Of a stretch of DNA of 64,000 nt, positions 1 to 9,300 are shown piece by piece. Under the pieces are notes generated by a model. It was not told the DNA's origin, made no database searches, and was given only the letters and a program-made list of their open reading frames with translations. Both the position numbers and the translations under genes were made by a program. Each line of letters starts with the position of its first letter. Position 1 is the first letter of the stretch. This DNA comes from a virus, in IMG/VR virus record IMGVR_UViG_3300037063_000214. The stretch is one strand, 5' to 3'.

Positions 1-1068
1 TTACACAATAGAGTATCAGAACTATCCGATCAATTTCAAAAAAGCGTGGTTACAACTGCGGAACAAGGAGCACCTAAATCTCCAGAAAGGAGATCGTCTT
101 TAAAAGAACTGGTTAATATGTTCTGGAATCTTAAAGATCGAGGAGGATTAGCTATAACCCTATCAAAAAAAGGAATAATGTCTATGGAACAAGTCATGGA
201 TAAATCTATGACTCAAGAAAAATTGATAGACGCTTTAGATTCTGTAGACAAAAACGGACAAGGTTTGATACAGCAGGGGGATATCAATAATGATATAAAT
301 AACGATGGATTTAACGCTATGAAAAATAGCGAAGAGTTACTGTACCACATAAATGAAAGACAAAAAAAAGACAAAATTACAGACAAAGACAGGGAGAAAG
401 ATTTAGATGTAGCCAGAATGCTGCAAAGACGAGAAACTACTCCAGCGGATGCAATTGGAGCAATCTTTCAACCTTGGATTTTTGAACTTATTCATGGGGT
501 TGAAAAATTAGTAGACTTAGCTACCTTAGGAACTAATGATACAGAGGCACTAAAAAAACTTTACGAGGAAGATAAAGGGTCTATCCAAAAAGAGATAGAT
601 AATACTCAAAAATCCATGGATGATATATCTCAAGGGCTTAAAGATATAGCAGGCATACACACCACAGAAGCCGACAAAAAAAGAAAAGAGTTAGAAGAAA
701 AAGGTAAAAATCTATTAGCTTGGAGAAATAGATTAGACTTGATTAGTGGTAACCAATCTTACAGTACGCCGGTCGAAGCAGCCAGCGTAGAAGCAGGATT
801 GGGGTTACAGCCAATTGCAATGGATTTAACTAGCAGGTTACCTAAACAGTTGGACAATGGTTTAATATTAGAGACTAAGGGGGGTAGTAATCAACCACAA
901 TATAAAATAGATCAAAGTTCATTTATTGTAAATCAGTTTAGCGCTCCAATTAACCAGGATGCTGGGTATAATGACAGCGCAAGCGTGTCTAATGAACAAG
1001 CAGGTAAACAGATGCACCCGGCAATCGCTCCTTGGTTGAATGGGGGACTTCCAAATAGGAATCAATAA
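1..1068 (+). CDS. Hypothetical virion/internal protein, 5'-partial. The frame is open from position 1, so the ORF continues upstream of the window. Charged, coiled-coil-rich.
   Basis: Frame 1 has no stop from nt 1; the track shows 46..1068. Ends TAA at 1066-1068, immediately upstream of the SLT-domain gene, which suggests a tape-measure or internal-protein C-terminus. K/E/D-rich composition. Confidence 0.5.
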   Translation, partial: LHNRVSELSDQFQKSVVTTAEQGAPKSPERRSSLKELVNMFWNLKDRGGLAITLSKKGIMSMEQVMDKSMTQEKLIDALDSVDKNGQGLIQQGDINNDINNDGFNAMKNSEELLYHINERQKKDKITDKDREKDLDVARMLQRRETTPADAIGAIFQPWIFELIHGVEKLVDLATLGTNDTEALKKLYEEDKGSIQKEIDNTQKSMDDISQGLKDIAGIHTTEADKKRKELEEKGKNLLAWRNRLDLISGNQSYSTPVEAASVEAGLGLQPIAMDLTSRLPKQLDNGLILETKGGSNQPQYKIDQSSFIVNQFSAPINQDAGYNDSASVSNEQAGKQMHPAIAPWLNGGLPNRNQ

Positions 1069-1102
1069 TCAATAATCAATAATCAATAATCAATAATCAA
1101 TA
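1061..1102 (+). repeat. Heptanucleotide microsatellite (ATCAATA)x6 at a gene junction
   Basis: Six perfect tandem copies of atcaata at 1061-1102. It contains the TAA stop of the upstream ORF, places stops in all three frames, and its last copy supplies the AT of the ATG at 1102. Confidence 0.9.
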
Positions 1103-2556
1103 TGCCAACAATATATAATTTCAACCAATTAGAGGGTTTTGCAGCTAATGCAGGTTTTACAGGAGATCAAATACCCATCATGGCCGCTATTGCTTTAGCG
1201 GAGAGTAGTGGGAATCCCAATAAATATAATCCAGACGACCCTGGGGGGTCAGTAGGCCTTTGGCAAATAGATGGGCATTATTGGCCACAGTATGACCAAA
1301 ATGTAATAACAGATCCTCAAGCTAATGCTGACGCAGCCTTCGCTATTTTCCAAGCCCAAGGTTACCGTGCTTGGACTACCTTTGGAAGCGGTGCTTTTTT
1401 GGACCATCTAGACCCAAATACAGCAACTCAAGTTGCTAGTACTTTAGGAATTTCCCGGTTTAATGTACTAAATACTCCAGTAGCGCCTCAAGTAGGAAAT
1501 ATTATTGGGCCTAACACAACCGGTACTAATTACGGATTATCAGCGGCTGATCTTACACCGCCTTTACAGGTTCCGGAGCCAAGTCTAAGCGCCACGCCAT
1601 GGTATTTGGATAGAAATTTAGTCACTGGAAATCCTCATGCGCGTGGTATGGTACAACCAGTGAGTTTTGTAGTATACCTGGATCGTAATGACCCCACACA
1701 AACGCTGAATAACCCCACTAATCAGCAACCTATCGTCATTGAACTCAACACATCAATGACTACATTTGAAATAGCAAGTAAGCATGTTTACAATCGCACC
1801 CCATCGCGTACAGGTATGCATATCACCCTCTGGGGTATGCAACCGGATCTCATCAATGGTAGCGGCACTACGGGAGTGTTTATGAATCAATACGGTATTA
1901 CAGATTGGTTCAGCACCGCTCAAATTAATGATGAGATAGCTAAATTGGTAGGAGCTGGTTTTAGTAACAATCCCGATACAGAAAGGGCTATTAACCAAAA
2001 CCCAGAAGCCTATCGAGTAGCGGCACAGGATTGTTTTGTAGAATTTTTGAAGTTATTCCAAATGAACGGTAATGTGTGGTATCACACGGATAGTTATAAC
2101 GGAACTATGGGCGAACAAGAACAACAAGCCCCGAATGGTTGGTCTACCAAAGTAGGAGCCAGTTCATTTCAACAACATGGGCGTAACAATGATGTTATGA
2201 CACGCGGGTATGTGGGGATGAAGTATAGAAACAATGTTTATTTGGGGTATTTCAAGTCTTTGAATTGGACCCAAGATGCGGACAGCCCGTTTCAATGGAA
2301 ATTTTCTTTTACATTTCAAGTTGAGAATACCTATACATCATTGTATTATCCCAATTTCCAAGTTACTCAACCTCTCCCTAAGATTAATTTACTGGCTCAA
2401 GCTACAACGCAGCCGATTGTTACATTGACAGAACGTGGGGGATCCGCAAGTGTAGGAGGTCTTACCACAACTATGGTTACATCTGCAACTAATACCATAG
2501 CTCAAACTTTAGGTCCAGTACAAACTACAACTTCAGGACCCGTGGGAGATATTTAA
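1102..2556 (+). CDS. Virion-associated peptidoglycan hydrolase with an N-terminal SLT / lytic transglycosylase (GH23-like) domain
   Basis: N-terminus ...AAIALAESSGNPNKYNPDDPGGSVGLWQIDGHYW has the SLT catalytic Glu-Ser and GLxQI motifs. No SD; start overlaps the upstream repeat. The C-terminal 45 aa are shared with the 3723..6827 protein. Confidence 0.7.
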   Translation: MPTIYNFNQLEGFAANAGFTGDQIPIMAAIALAESSGNPNKYNPDDPGGSVGLWQIDGHYWPQYDQNVITDPQANADAAFAIFQAQGYRAWTTFGSGAFLDHLDPNTATQVASTLGISRFNVLNTPVAPQVGNIIGPNTTGTNYGLSAADLTPPLQVPEPSLSATPWYLDRNLVTGNPHARGMVQPVSFVVYLDRNDPTQTLNNPTNQQPIVIELNTSMTTFEIASKHVYNRTPSRTGMHITLWGMQPDLINGSGTTGVFMNQYGITDWFSTAQINDEIAKLVGAGFSNNPDTERAINQNPEAYRVAAQDCFVEFLKLFQMNGNVWYHTDSYNGTMGEQEQQAPNGWSTKVGASSFQQHGRNNDVMTRGYVGMKYRNNVYLGYFKSLNWTQDADSPFQWKFSFTFQVENTYTSLYYPNFQVTQPLPKINLLAQATTQPIVTLTERGGSASVGGLTTTMVTSATNTIAQTLGPVQTTTSGPVGDI

Positions 2557-3722
2557 TGGCAAGCACAAATACAAACAACTCCAATATTGGATCAAATGTA
2601 AGTACCGATTTTAGTGATTTCAATATAACTGCGGGAAATTCGGCGCAAACATCCCCTGTTCAACTGCCTATTCGCGGAGAGAAACGCATCATTCCCTGTC
2701 CTATTAGCCCCAGCGATACCAGTAGTCAGATTGAAAAAGCATATACAGCACGGGGACAAAAATCCCCTCAAGATAAGGGTTACGCTGCCACCGGTCGAAC
2801 AAGTCTTGTGCAATATAGCGATTTTTTTACAGCGGGGGCGATGAAACCCTTCGTGGATTATGTACTCGTTCGTATACCACATCGCGGAGTTACATCCACA
2901 GGACAACAAAATGGTAATGCACCAGCAGCTATTTTTCGATTTCTCATTAACCCGTCTCAGGTTCAAGTCAATCGACAAACTTTAGATGGGCAAGCTATGA
3001 CTCGTGCTGGCTGGCAGATAGGTGTGTGGGGAGAAGATTCTTTCCAAGTAAATCTCAGCGGTAAAACCGCTGGCCAATATTTTGCCTTTGGAGTTACAGA
3101 TCAGTTTCAACCATTTTCAGATTCCTATCGGAATTTAGAGTCTTTGGTCATGGTGTTTGAAAATAACGGATACTGGTTTGAAGGAGAGCAAGCAGCTGAA
3201 GGCCCACTCGCAGCGGATTTCACCAGACGTAGAATCAAAATGCACCAAGATGTCGAATTGTGGGTAGGAAATTTTATTTGGTACGGTATGTTTGATTCCC
3301 TTACTATTAGTCAATCGGCGGAAGCACCTTGGCTGATGAATTTTCAAATCAGTTTTATCGCGTGGAAAGAGAGATTTCGCTCCACATCCCCGTATCAAAA
3401 TTTGATTCTCAATAATGTACAACGAGGGCATACTTATGGAGCATGGGCTTCGGCTGCTACCACTTCACAAAATGGTACAACTACAGTATCATCGTTGGCT
3501 AATTTACCTCCATCAAATATACCAGGAACCAATATTTCTAGTGTTGGGTTTAGTACATTGAATAGTCAACCAGCTTTAGTCTCCCCATCTGTTGCGGCTG
3601 CTAATGTTAACAATACCCTGCCACAAGTAGCTCCTACATCCGTAGATAATATGGCAAATACATCTTTTCTTTTAAACCCCACTAGTGTGGCAGCGTCTAA
3701 TTTTTATAACGGAGTTTCTTAA
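2556..3722 (+). CDS. Hypothetical structural protein (388 aa)
   Basis: TAATG overlap with the upstream gene; Ser/Thr/Asn-rich C-terminus; same operon. Confidence 0.6.
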   Translation: MASTNTNNSNIGSNVSTDFSDFNITAGNSAQTSPVQLPIRGEKRIIPCPISPSDTSSQIEKAYTARGQKSPQDKGYAATGRTSLVQYSDFFTAGAMKPFVDYVLVRIPHRGVTSTGQQNGNAPAAIFRFLINPSQVQVNRQTLDGQAMTRAGWQIGVWGEDSFQVNLSGKTAGQYFAFGVTDQFQPFSDSYRNLESLVMVFENNGYWFEGEQAAEGPLAADFTRRRIKMHQDVELWVGNFIWYGMFDSLTISQSAEAPWLMNFQISFIAWKERFRSTSPYQNLILNNVQRGHTYGAWASAATTSQNGTTTVSSLANLPPSNIPGTNISSVGFSTLNSQPALVSPSVAAANVNNTLPQVAPTSVDNMANTSFLLNPTSVAASNFYNGVS

Positions 3723-6700
3723 ATGGCTATTCCAGTTCCATTTGATCCGAATAACGCAGTTACCGTTACAGGTACAGGTGCAACAGTAGAAACGCAGAAT
3801 TCTACACTCCCGAATCAACTACCTATCTCCAATACATCACCCACAGGAGTTACGGGTACAGTTCCATCCCAAACTCCGGCTACTACTATTAGAAATTTGT
3901 CCCAAAGTTGTCAAGAAAGAGAAATAATCAAGACCGCTCCCGATGTTATTGTGTATTTAGAGGGAACCCCCTATTTGACAAATTACTTTATCGACGATCC
4001 AAAAACCAAAGCTAGTAGTACTTTAGTGAATTTTAATGACCATGTCACAGCATTCAACGCTTCTTATGATACAGATATAATGGTACCCAACGCCACTATC
4101 GGTTTGCAGGTTCCAAATTTTTTAAGGTACTTGTATAAAATGCCAGGGGGTAACAATCTTTTAGACACTATGATGCAGGTACAAGTATATGCTAAAGGAT
4201 ATTACTTAGCATCAAACGGAGATACAGTATATCGCCGGGTTTTCAAGGGAATCACATCTCACATAAGTTATAACGACAATGGAAAAACTCTGGAGATATC
4301 AATTCAATGTCAAGGGTCAATGCACTTACTTGAAAAGATGCAAATTAATGTTCACCCATCTGCAATGGCAGCGGTAACTTTAGGGAGTATGTTAACCTGG
4401 CAGCAAAGTATTTTTGGAGATAATAATTGTTTTACTATCTTAGCAAAAGCTTTCACAACAGGTTTTCAATCGGATGGATTTCAAGCTAGTTCAGTTAGGA
4501 GCACAGATGGAGGTTATTTAACTCCAAGTGATATGTTTTATTCCGCTGTTACTAGAGGTTACATGGCGAAATGGCAAGCCATTTTGATGAATATGATTAA
4601 AGATGTACATATTTATGGGCCAGACAAAGATACTTTAGGGCAATTAGATCAATTACAAGAAGATGAAAATAAAGGGAAGATGGACAAAGATAAGAAGTAT
4701 GCTAGTGTTACATCTCATCCCGTAAAAACTTTTACTGAAACGATTACTGATAACTCCCCTTATTATAAAAAAATACAACAATTTTTACCTTTTAGAACTC
4801 CCGCTAGTTTACAGCTTACTGAGAGTGTTATTGTTAATAGATTGGATATTATTCGTGAAGTAGTTAAGAAGATGGATTTTGAAGCATATCAAGATATTGA
4901 TGGTAAGATTATTATCAAACCACCTTTGTACAATCTGGATGTCACAAACTTAGGTACTCGGTCTAAACAAACTAGTTCCAGCCCTCAAAATTTTGACAGT
5001 TTAGTTCAATCATCTATATCTACTGCACTTAGTGGAGGCTCGACGCCAACAACAACTACCTCTAGTAATTCAGTGTCTGCTAGTAGCATTAATCCACCAT
5101 CTACTAGCAATAGTATGACGAATCCTCTGACTCAAATTTACCCGCAAAATAATCCTTTTGTGGTTTATTTATCAGAAATGTTAACAGAACAGGAAACAGA
5201 AGATCAAAGCGCCATTCGACGCACGCGCACCACTATAACAGGAAATATTATGCCGTGGCAGGGGAACAATTTTCCGGCACCCGCAAAGCCAGTAGCGGAG
5301 TATATTGATGTCACAAAACTAGCAAAGTTTGGTCTTAGGGAAGAACCCATGCAGCAAGTACCCTGGCTTACAATGGGAGACAAATATACTCTATTCGCTC
5401 ACGCTGCCGCAGAAACAGCTAGGACAAATAGAGGGTACCGTACTTACTCGTTTACTATTCCCATGCGCCCTGAATTGAAATTGGGATTCCCCGTATTTAT
5501 ACCCCACAAAGATATGTACGCATACATAAAATCTGTAGCTATAAATTATCAGGTTGGGGGGTCAGCTACAATGTCCATAGTATGTGATACAGTCCGACCT
5601 AGAGTTTTGGTTAAGACAGCTCAAACATCTACTACGGGCAATGTTAGTAATTCACCGGCCACAAAATTTTCCGCTTATACCACAGCCCCTAATTTAATTT
5701 ATATGTGGACAAATAATCCAGTCGCAGCTACGGTGTTTGATCCCGCGCAACCCCAAAGTTACAATCAATATATTCAACAAACCGCTGGGGGTAATCAAAA
5801 TACAAACACTAATATGACAAGTGAGCTAAATGTATCTCAATCTTTACCCGCTGTTACGAAAAACATTGACGGAACAAAATTTGGTCCAACAGATCAACAA
5901 ATAAAAGTGTATTCTTATCTATCCACTACCTTAGCAACAACCGTAGGTAATAAAGCCAGTACTCCTACATCTACTTATGTTATCGTAAATGATACGGGGT
6001 ATTTTAATGGAAGAGCAAAAGACCCAAATTATCCAGGCCGACCAGCGGATGGAGATTATGTAAAGGATATTTGTGGTAATCCAAATTCTGTTATTCCTTA
6101 CACAGATGATAAAGGATATGAATTAATATCCCCATTTCCATGGGGGAGATGGAAAGATCTCAACACAACCATCAGTGAAATAACCGAACAGGGGTGGATT
6201 AATATTCCTCAGACTAACGGGTTAAATGGGCAAGATTTACAAGATGAGACAACTTTTCAAAGTACGGAGGCTTTTTTGTTTGCTGGTTTAGGTACTCCAA
6301 CGGCTACAAGTGACCCATCGACTATGTTATCCACGGCCATGGCTACCCAACAAAGTACAAATACTACACCTACATCGGTTTCACCAGCTTCAGCATCAGC
6401 TCCAAATTCACCGAATACCGGGGGAAATTCGACAAATACCATACAACCAGATGTTACTGTAATAGTATTAGATTACAGTCAACCAGGTTCTAATAGTAAT
6501 TTGTTAAATGCAGCTCAACCAGAAAACGCCTTGGCCGCTAGTTTAGTTAGCGCTAAAAACGCTGGATTGGCCGAACAGCAGCTAGTTAGCGTATTAGTAT
6601 CTGGGACTGTAGCTCCAATCCCAGCGGTGCAAGAACAATTATTAATTGCTCAAAACAGTGCGGCTAATGCACAGCAGTCATTTGCTACACTGACCTTACC

Positions 6701-6827
6701 AGGGGGATCCGCAAATGCTGGGGGACTTACTACAACTAAGGTTACAGCTTCAACTAGTACTATAGCTCAAACTTTGGGTCCAGCGCAAACTACAACGAGT
6801 AATTTACCAGTAGATATAACACCATAA
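3723..6827 (+). CDS. Large structural protein (1034 aa), Thr/Ser/Asn-rich, with a C-terminal module shared with the SLT protein
   Basis: Long ORF coupled to its neighbours. C-terminus LTLPGGSANAGGLTTTKVTASTSTIAQTLGPAQTTTS is about 80% nt-identical to the end of 1102..2556. Confidence 0.65.
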   Translation: MAIPVPFDPNNAVTVTGTGATVETQNSTLPNQLPISNTSPTGVTGTVPSQTPATTIRNLSQSCQEREIIKTAPDVIVYLEGTPYLTNYFIDDPKTKASSTLVNFNDHVTAFNASYDTDIMVPNATIGLQVPNFLRYLYKMPGGNNLLDTMMQVQVYAKGYYLASNGDTVYRRVFKGITSHISYNDNGKTLEISIQCQGSMHLLEKMQINVHPSAMAAVTLGSMLTWQQSIFGDNNCFTILAKAFTTGFQSDGFQASSVRSTDGGYLTPSDMFYSAVTRGYMAKWQAILMNMIKDVHIYGPDKDTLGQLDQLQEDENKGKMDKDKKYASVTSHPVKTFTETITDNSPYYKKIQQFLPFRTPASLQLTESVIVNRLDIIREVVKKMDFEAYQDIDGKIIIKPPLYNLDVTNLGTRSKQTSSSPQNFDSLVQSSISTALSGGSTPTTTTSSNSVSASSINPPSTSNSMTNPLTQIYPQNNPFVVYLSEMLTEQETEDQSAIRRTRTTITGNIMPWQGNNFPAPAKPVAEYIDVTKLAKFGLREEPMQQVPWLTMGDKYTLFAHAAAETARTNRGYRTYSFTIPMRPELKLGFPVFIPHKDMYAYIKSVAINYQVGGSATMSIVCDTVRPRVLVKTAQTSTTGNVSNSPATKFSAYTTAPNLIYMWTNNPVAATVFDPAQPQSYNQYIQQTAGGNQNTNTNMTSELNVSQSLPAVTKNIDGTKFGPTDQQIKVYSYLSTTLATTVGNKASTPTSTYVIVNDTGYFNGRAKDPNYPGRPADGDYVKDICGNPNSVIPYTDDKGYELISPFPWGRWKDLNTTISEITEQGWINIPQTNGLNGQDLQDETTFQSTEAFLFAGLGTPTATSDPSTMLSTAMATQQSTNTTPTSVSPASASAPNSPNTGGNSTNTIQPDVTVIVLDYSQPGSNSNLLNAAQPENALAASLVSAKNAGLAEQQLVSVLVSGTVAPIPAVQEQLLIAQNSAANAQQSFATLTLPGGSANAGGLTTTKVTASTSTIAQTLGPAQTTTSNLPVDITP

Positions 6828-6828
6828 T

Positions 6829-9213
6829 ATGCCGCTACTAAGAAAAAATACGGATTTTTATCCACCTACATCATTTGAAAGAACAAATGAAAGCCTCCAC
6901 CGCGATATTTTCATTGTAGAAGTTCTTACTGTTGACTATGAGCGTAAAGTAATGACAGTAGAAGATGTCAAAGATGGCCTTATTTATGGTAATGTTCAAG
7001 TATTTCCATCCGCGTCCACTTCATCACAAGGATACGATATGGTAATGCCCGAACAAGGTTCTATGGGAATTGCTTGTAATTTTGCTTACGATAAAGGTTT
7101 TCGTCAGGTGATGATAATTAGCTGGATTCATATGGATAGGTATCTTGGGATAGATGCTGTTGGGGTTAGACAAATATCCGGCACCCGAATCCAAGGTTAT
7201 AGCGACCGTCTGAGAGGTGTATATCGAAAGGCGTTCCCAGGGCAAAAAACATCAGCTTATACAGGTGGGGCGTCAGAAAAGGTGGATACCGGCTGGGATA
7301 GACAAGCAGCCGATTATAGCAGAGATAAAACGGATGCGGATAAGCGTCAATGGACTCAGATAGCGGCCCGTAGGGTCTCCTATACCGATGCTGGGGTATC
7401 TTTTGAGGGGTCAGTGAATCGCCCTCTGGCATCAAATTTAATCCCTGTGATTCTCCCAGATGGGACAATGGAATATGTAGCCTACCTGCAACCCGGAGCC
7501 CAACCATCAGATCGATATGTTAGCGGGAAGCAGGATGTAATTCCTTTCGCTGAACACACAGAATTGACGCAGGAATTCTCTCTTGATTATCCCATGCCTT
7601 ATGAAGTATTACAGACCAGTTTGTTTAACACCGTATTAGGTTCTACCGCAGACCCATGGGCACGCACTAAGGTAACCTCTCCCAGCGGTCAAGTAGCTTA
7701 CGATAACGAAACTTACATGATTACCCAGACTTGGGATGATCCGTTTGATGATAGAGCAAAAGCCGTGGGTCCAACACTTAATGAAGGACCTACCCCGCAA
7801 CGTAGAGCTTTTATTGTAGAAAAATCTCAAGGCACCTTGGTTGGATATAATATTTTTGACCAGGCAACTTACGGTCATGTGTTGAAGCCTGTTCTATTCC
7901 CTTATAATTACTGCGGGCGTTTTGGAGCAGATGTGGAATCAGGATATTTGCCAGTTGTGGATTCCGCGGATCATGAAGAAGCTCGTTTAGCAGCATCTTG
8001 TCTAGCCATACGATTCCCTTATGACCAAAACACTACGCGATTGGATGTAACGAAAGAGGGTTTTATCAGCTTGGAAATCGGATCGACTTTACCTAAAGAA
8101 AATATTCTAAAGCATTGGCAAGGTGGATATGAACACCCCCACGGTGCTGGCCGTTCTTTAGAAGCGCACCTTGTAGGTAGTGCAAAAATTGTTATCGGTA
8201 AAAATAGAGATGAAGAAGATGCTTTGGACGCTCAAATTTTAGGGCAATCTGTAATTCGTCTAGGGGCGGATGATGCATCTCTTCCGAATTCTCGTCGCAC
8301 AGTACAGACTCAAATTCGAAGTAATGGAGATATTCCGGCGACTCGTACTTTACAGTTCTGGACCGAACACAAATTGAATCCAGGGGACGCCGGTAGCCTA
8401 ACTATGAAAACGGGTGCTGAGAATATATCTCTTCGCGCTGCTACGGATGGAGGCGCTGTACTACGCTTGGGGGCTAAGAATCCAGCATCTTTACGCCGTC
8501 ATTTGATTAATGGGTACTCCGATGGTCCTGGTAAAACCGCTTATCCAGAATCTCCTACAGGACCTTATGGCGGAGGTACTGATTGTGGGGAACCTTTCCA
8601 TGGTCGCATAGACTCCAAGAGCCCGGGTCGTCCCACCTACGGAGCCGGGGATAATATTTATCGGTTCCATGATCTTACTCAAGTAGGAACACCCCCGCCA
8701 AATTCGGGGACAACTGACTTTAATCCTTTTCCCCCATACGCATGGAGTGGTTCTCCAGTAATCAACATGGATGCTCATGGGCAATCTCTTGATTTGCATG
8801 CTGTGCGAGATGCTTTATTGCGTTTGGGTTCAAATCCAGATTCTGGGCAATCGTTGCTTTTAGACTTAGCCGGTGGAATAGTTGCAGCACTGGGAAAAGA
8901 CAATCAGGGGCGTTCTATTACCGCGGCCTTAGACGGCGGGATTGAGATTACTATACTTCCTAACGCACAAGGAAAAGCCATGCGATTAAATATTATTGGT
9001 GATGTTGACATCTCTCATAAAGGGCACCTTCAGTACAACTGTGGGGGAGATATAATTACAGAATGTACAACAGCGAGAAGTATTGTAAAAACAGATCGTA
9101 TTGAAACACAGATGAATGCGATTAGTGCTTCTCTTGTTAGCGATAAGAGAGAAGCTCCAAATTCTGTGGATAATAATGGACTTTATGTCAGCAATGAAAA
9201 TCAAATTTCTTGA
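6829..9213 (+). CDS. Hypothetical structural protein (794 aa), possibly a baseplate or tail-tip component
   Basis: Long ORF starting immediately after the upstream stop; no recognisable catalytic motif. Confidence 0.6.
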   Translation: MPLLRKNTDFYPPTSFERTNESLHRDIFIVEVLTVDYERKVMTVEDVKDGLIYGNVQVFPSASTSSQGYDMVMPEQGSMGIACNFAYDKGFRQVMIISWIHMDRYLGIDAVGVRQISGTRIQGYSDRLRGVYRKAFPGQKTSAYTGGASEKVDTGWDRQAADYSRDKTDADKRQWTQIAARRVSYTDAGVSFEGSVNRPLASNLIPVILPDGTMEYVAYLQPGAQPSDRYVSGKQDVIPFAEHTELTQEFSLDYPMPYEVLQTSLFNTVLGSTADPWARTKVTSPSGQVAYDNETYMITQTWDDPFDDRAKAVGPTLNEGPTPQRRAFIVEKSQGTLVGYNIFDQATYGHVLKPVLFPYNYCGRFGADVESGYLPVVDSADHEEARLAASCLAIRFPYDQNTTRLDVTKEGFISLEIGSTLPKENILKHWQGGYEHPHGAGRSLEAHLVGSAKIVIGKNRDEEDALDAQILGQSVIRLGADDASLPNSRRTVQTQIRSNGDIPATRTLQFWTEHKLNPGDAGSLTMKTGAENISLRAATDGGAVLRLGAKNPASLRRHLINGYSDGPGKTAYPESPTGPYGGGTDCGEPFHGRIDSKSPGRPTYGAGDNIYRFHDLTQVGTPPPNSGTTDFNPFPPYAWSGSPVINMDAHGQSLDLHAVRDALLRLGSNPDSGQSLLLDLAGGIVAALGKDNQGRSITAALDGGIEITILPNAQGKAMRLNIIGDVDISHKGHLQYNCGGDIITECTTARSIVKTDRIETQMNAISASLVSDKREAPNSVDNNGLYVSNENQIS

Positions 9214-9300
9214 AAAGATAAGGGGATATAGTGGAGACAGCCTACTCTTTCAAGACGAGCAGAATACGGCGTGCTTAAACGTAAGGCAGAGAGAATATAA

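Noticed and set aside
1753-3431. Antisense ORFs 1753..1998(-), 2592..2978(-), 3135..3431(-) inside the SLT and 2556..3722 genes
   Set aside because: They are embedded opposite long, motif-supported + strand genes. Their composition is Cys/Arg-rich and translation-like noise, and they have no SD.
9214-9300. Possible promoter or regulatory element in the 87-nt gap before the 9301 fibre gene
   Set aside because: No convincing -35/-10 pair or hairpin was seen. ORF 9116..9322 across it looks spurious.
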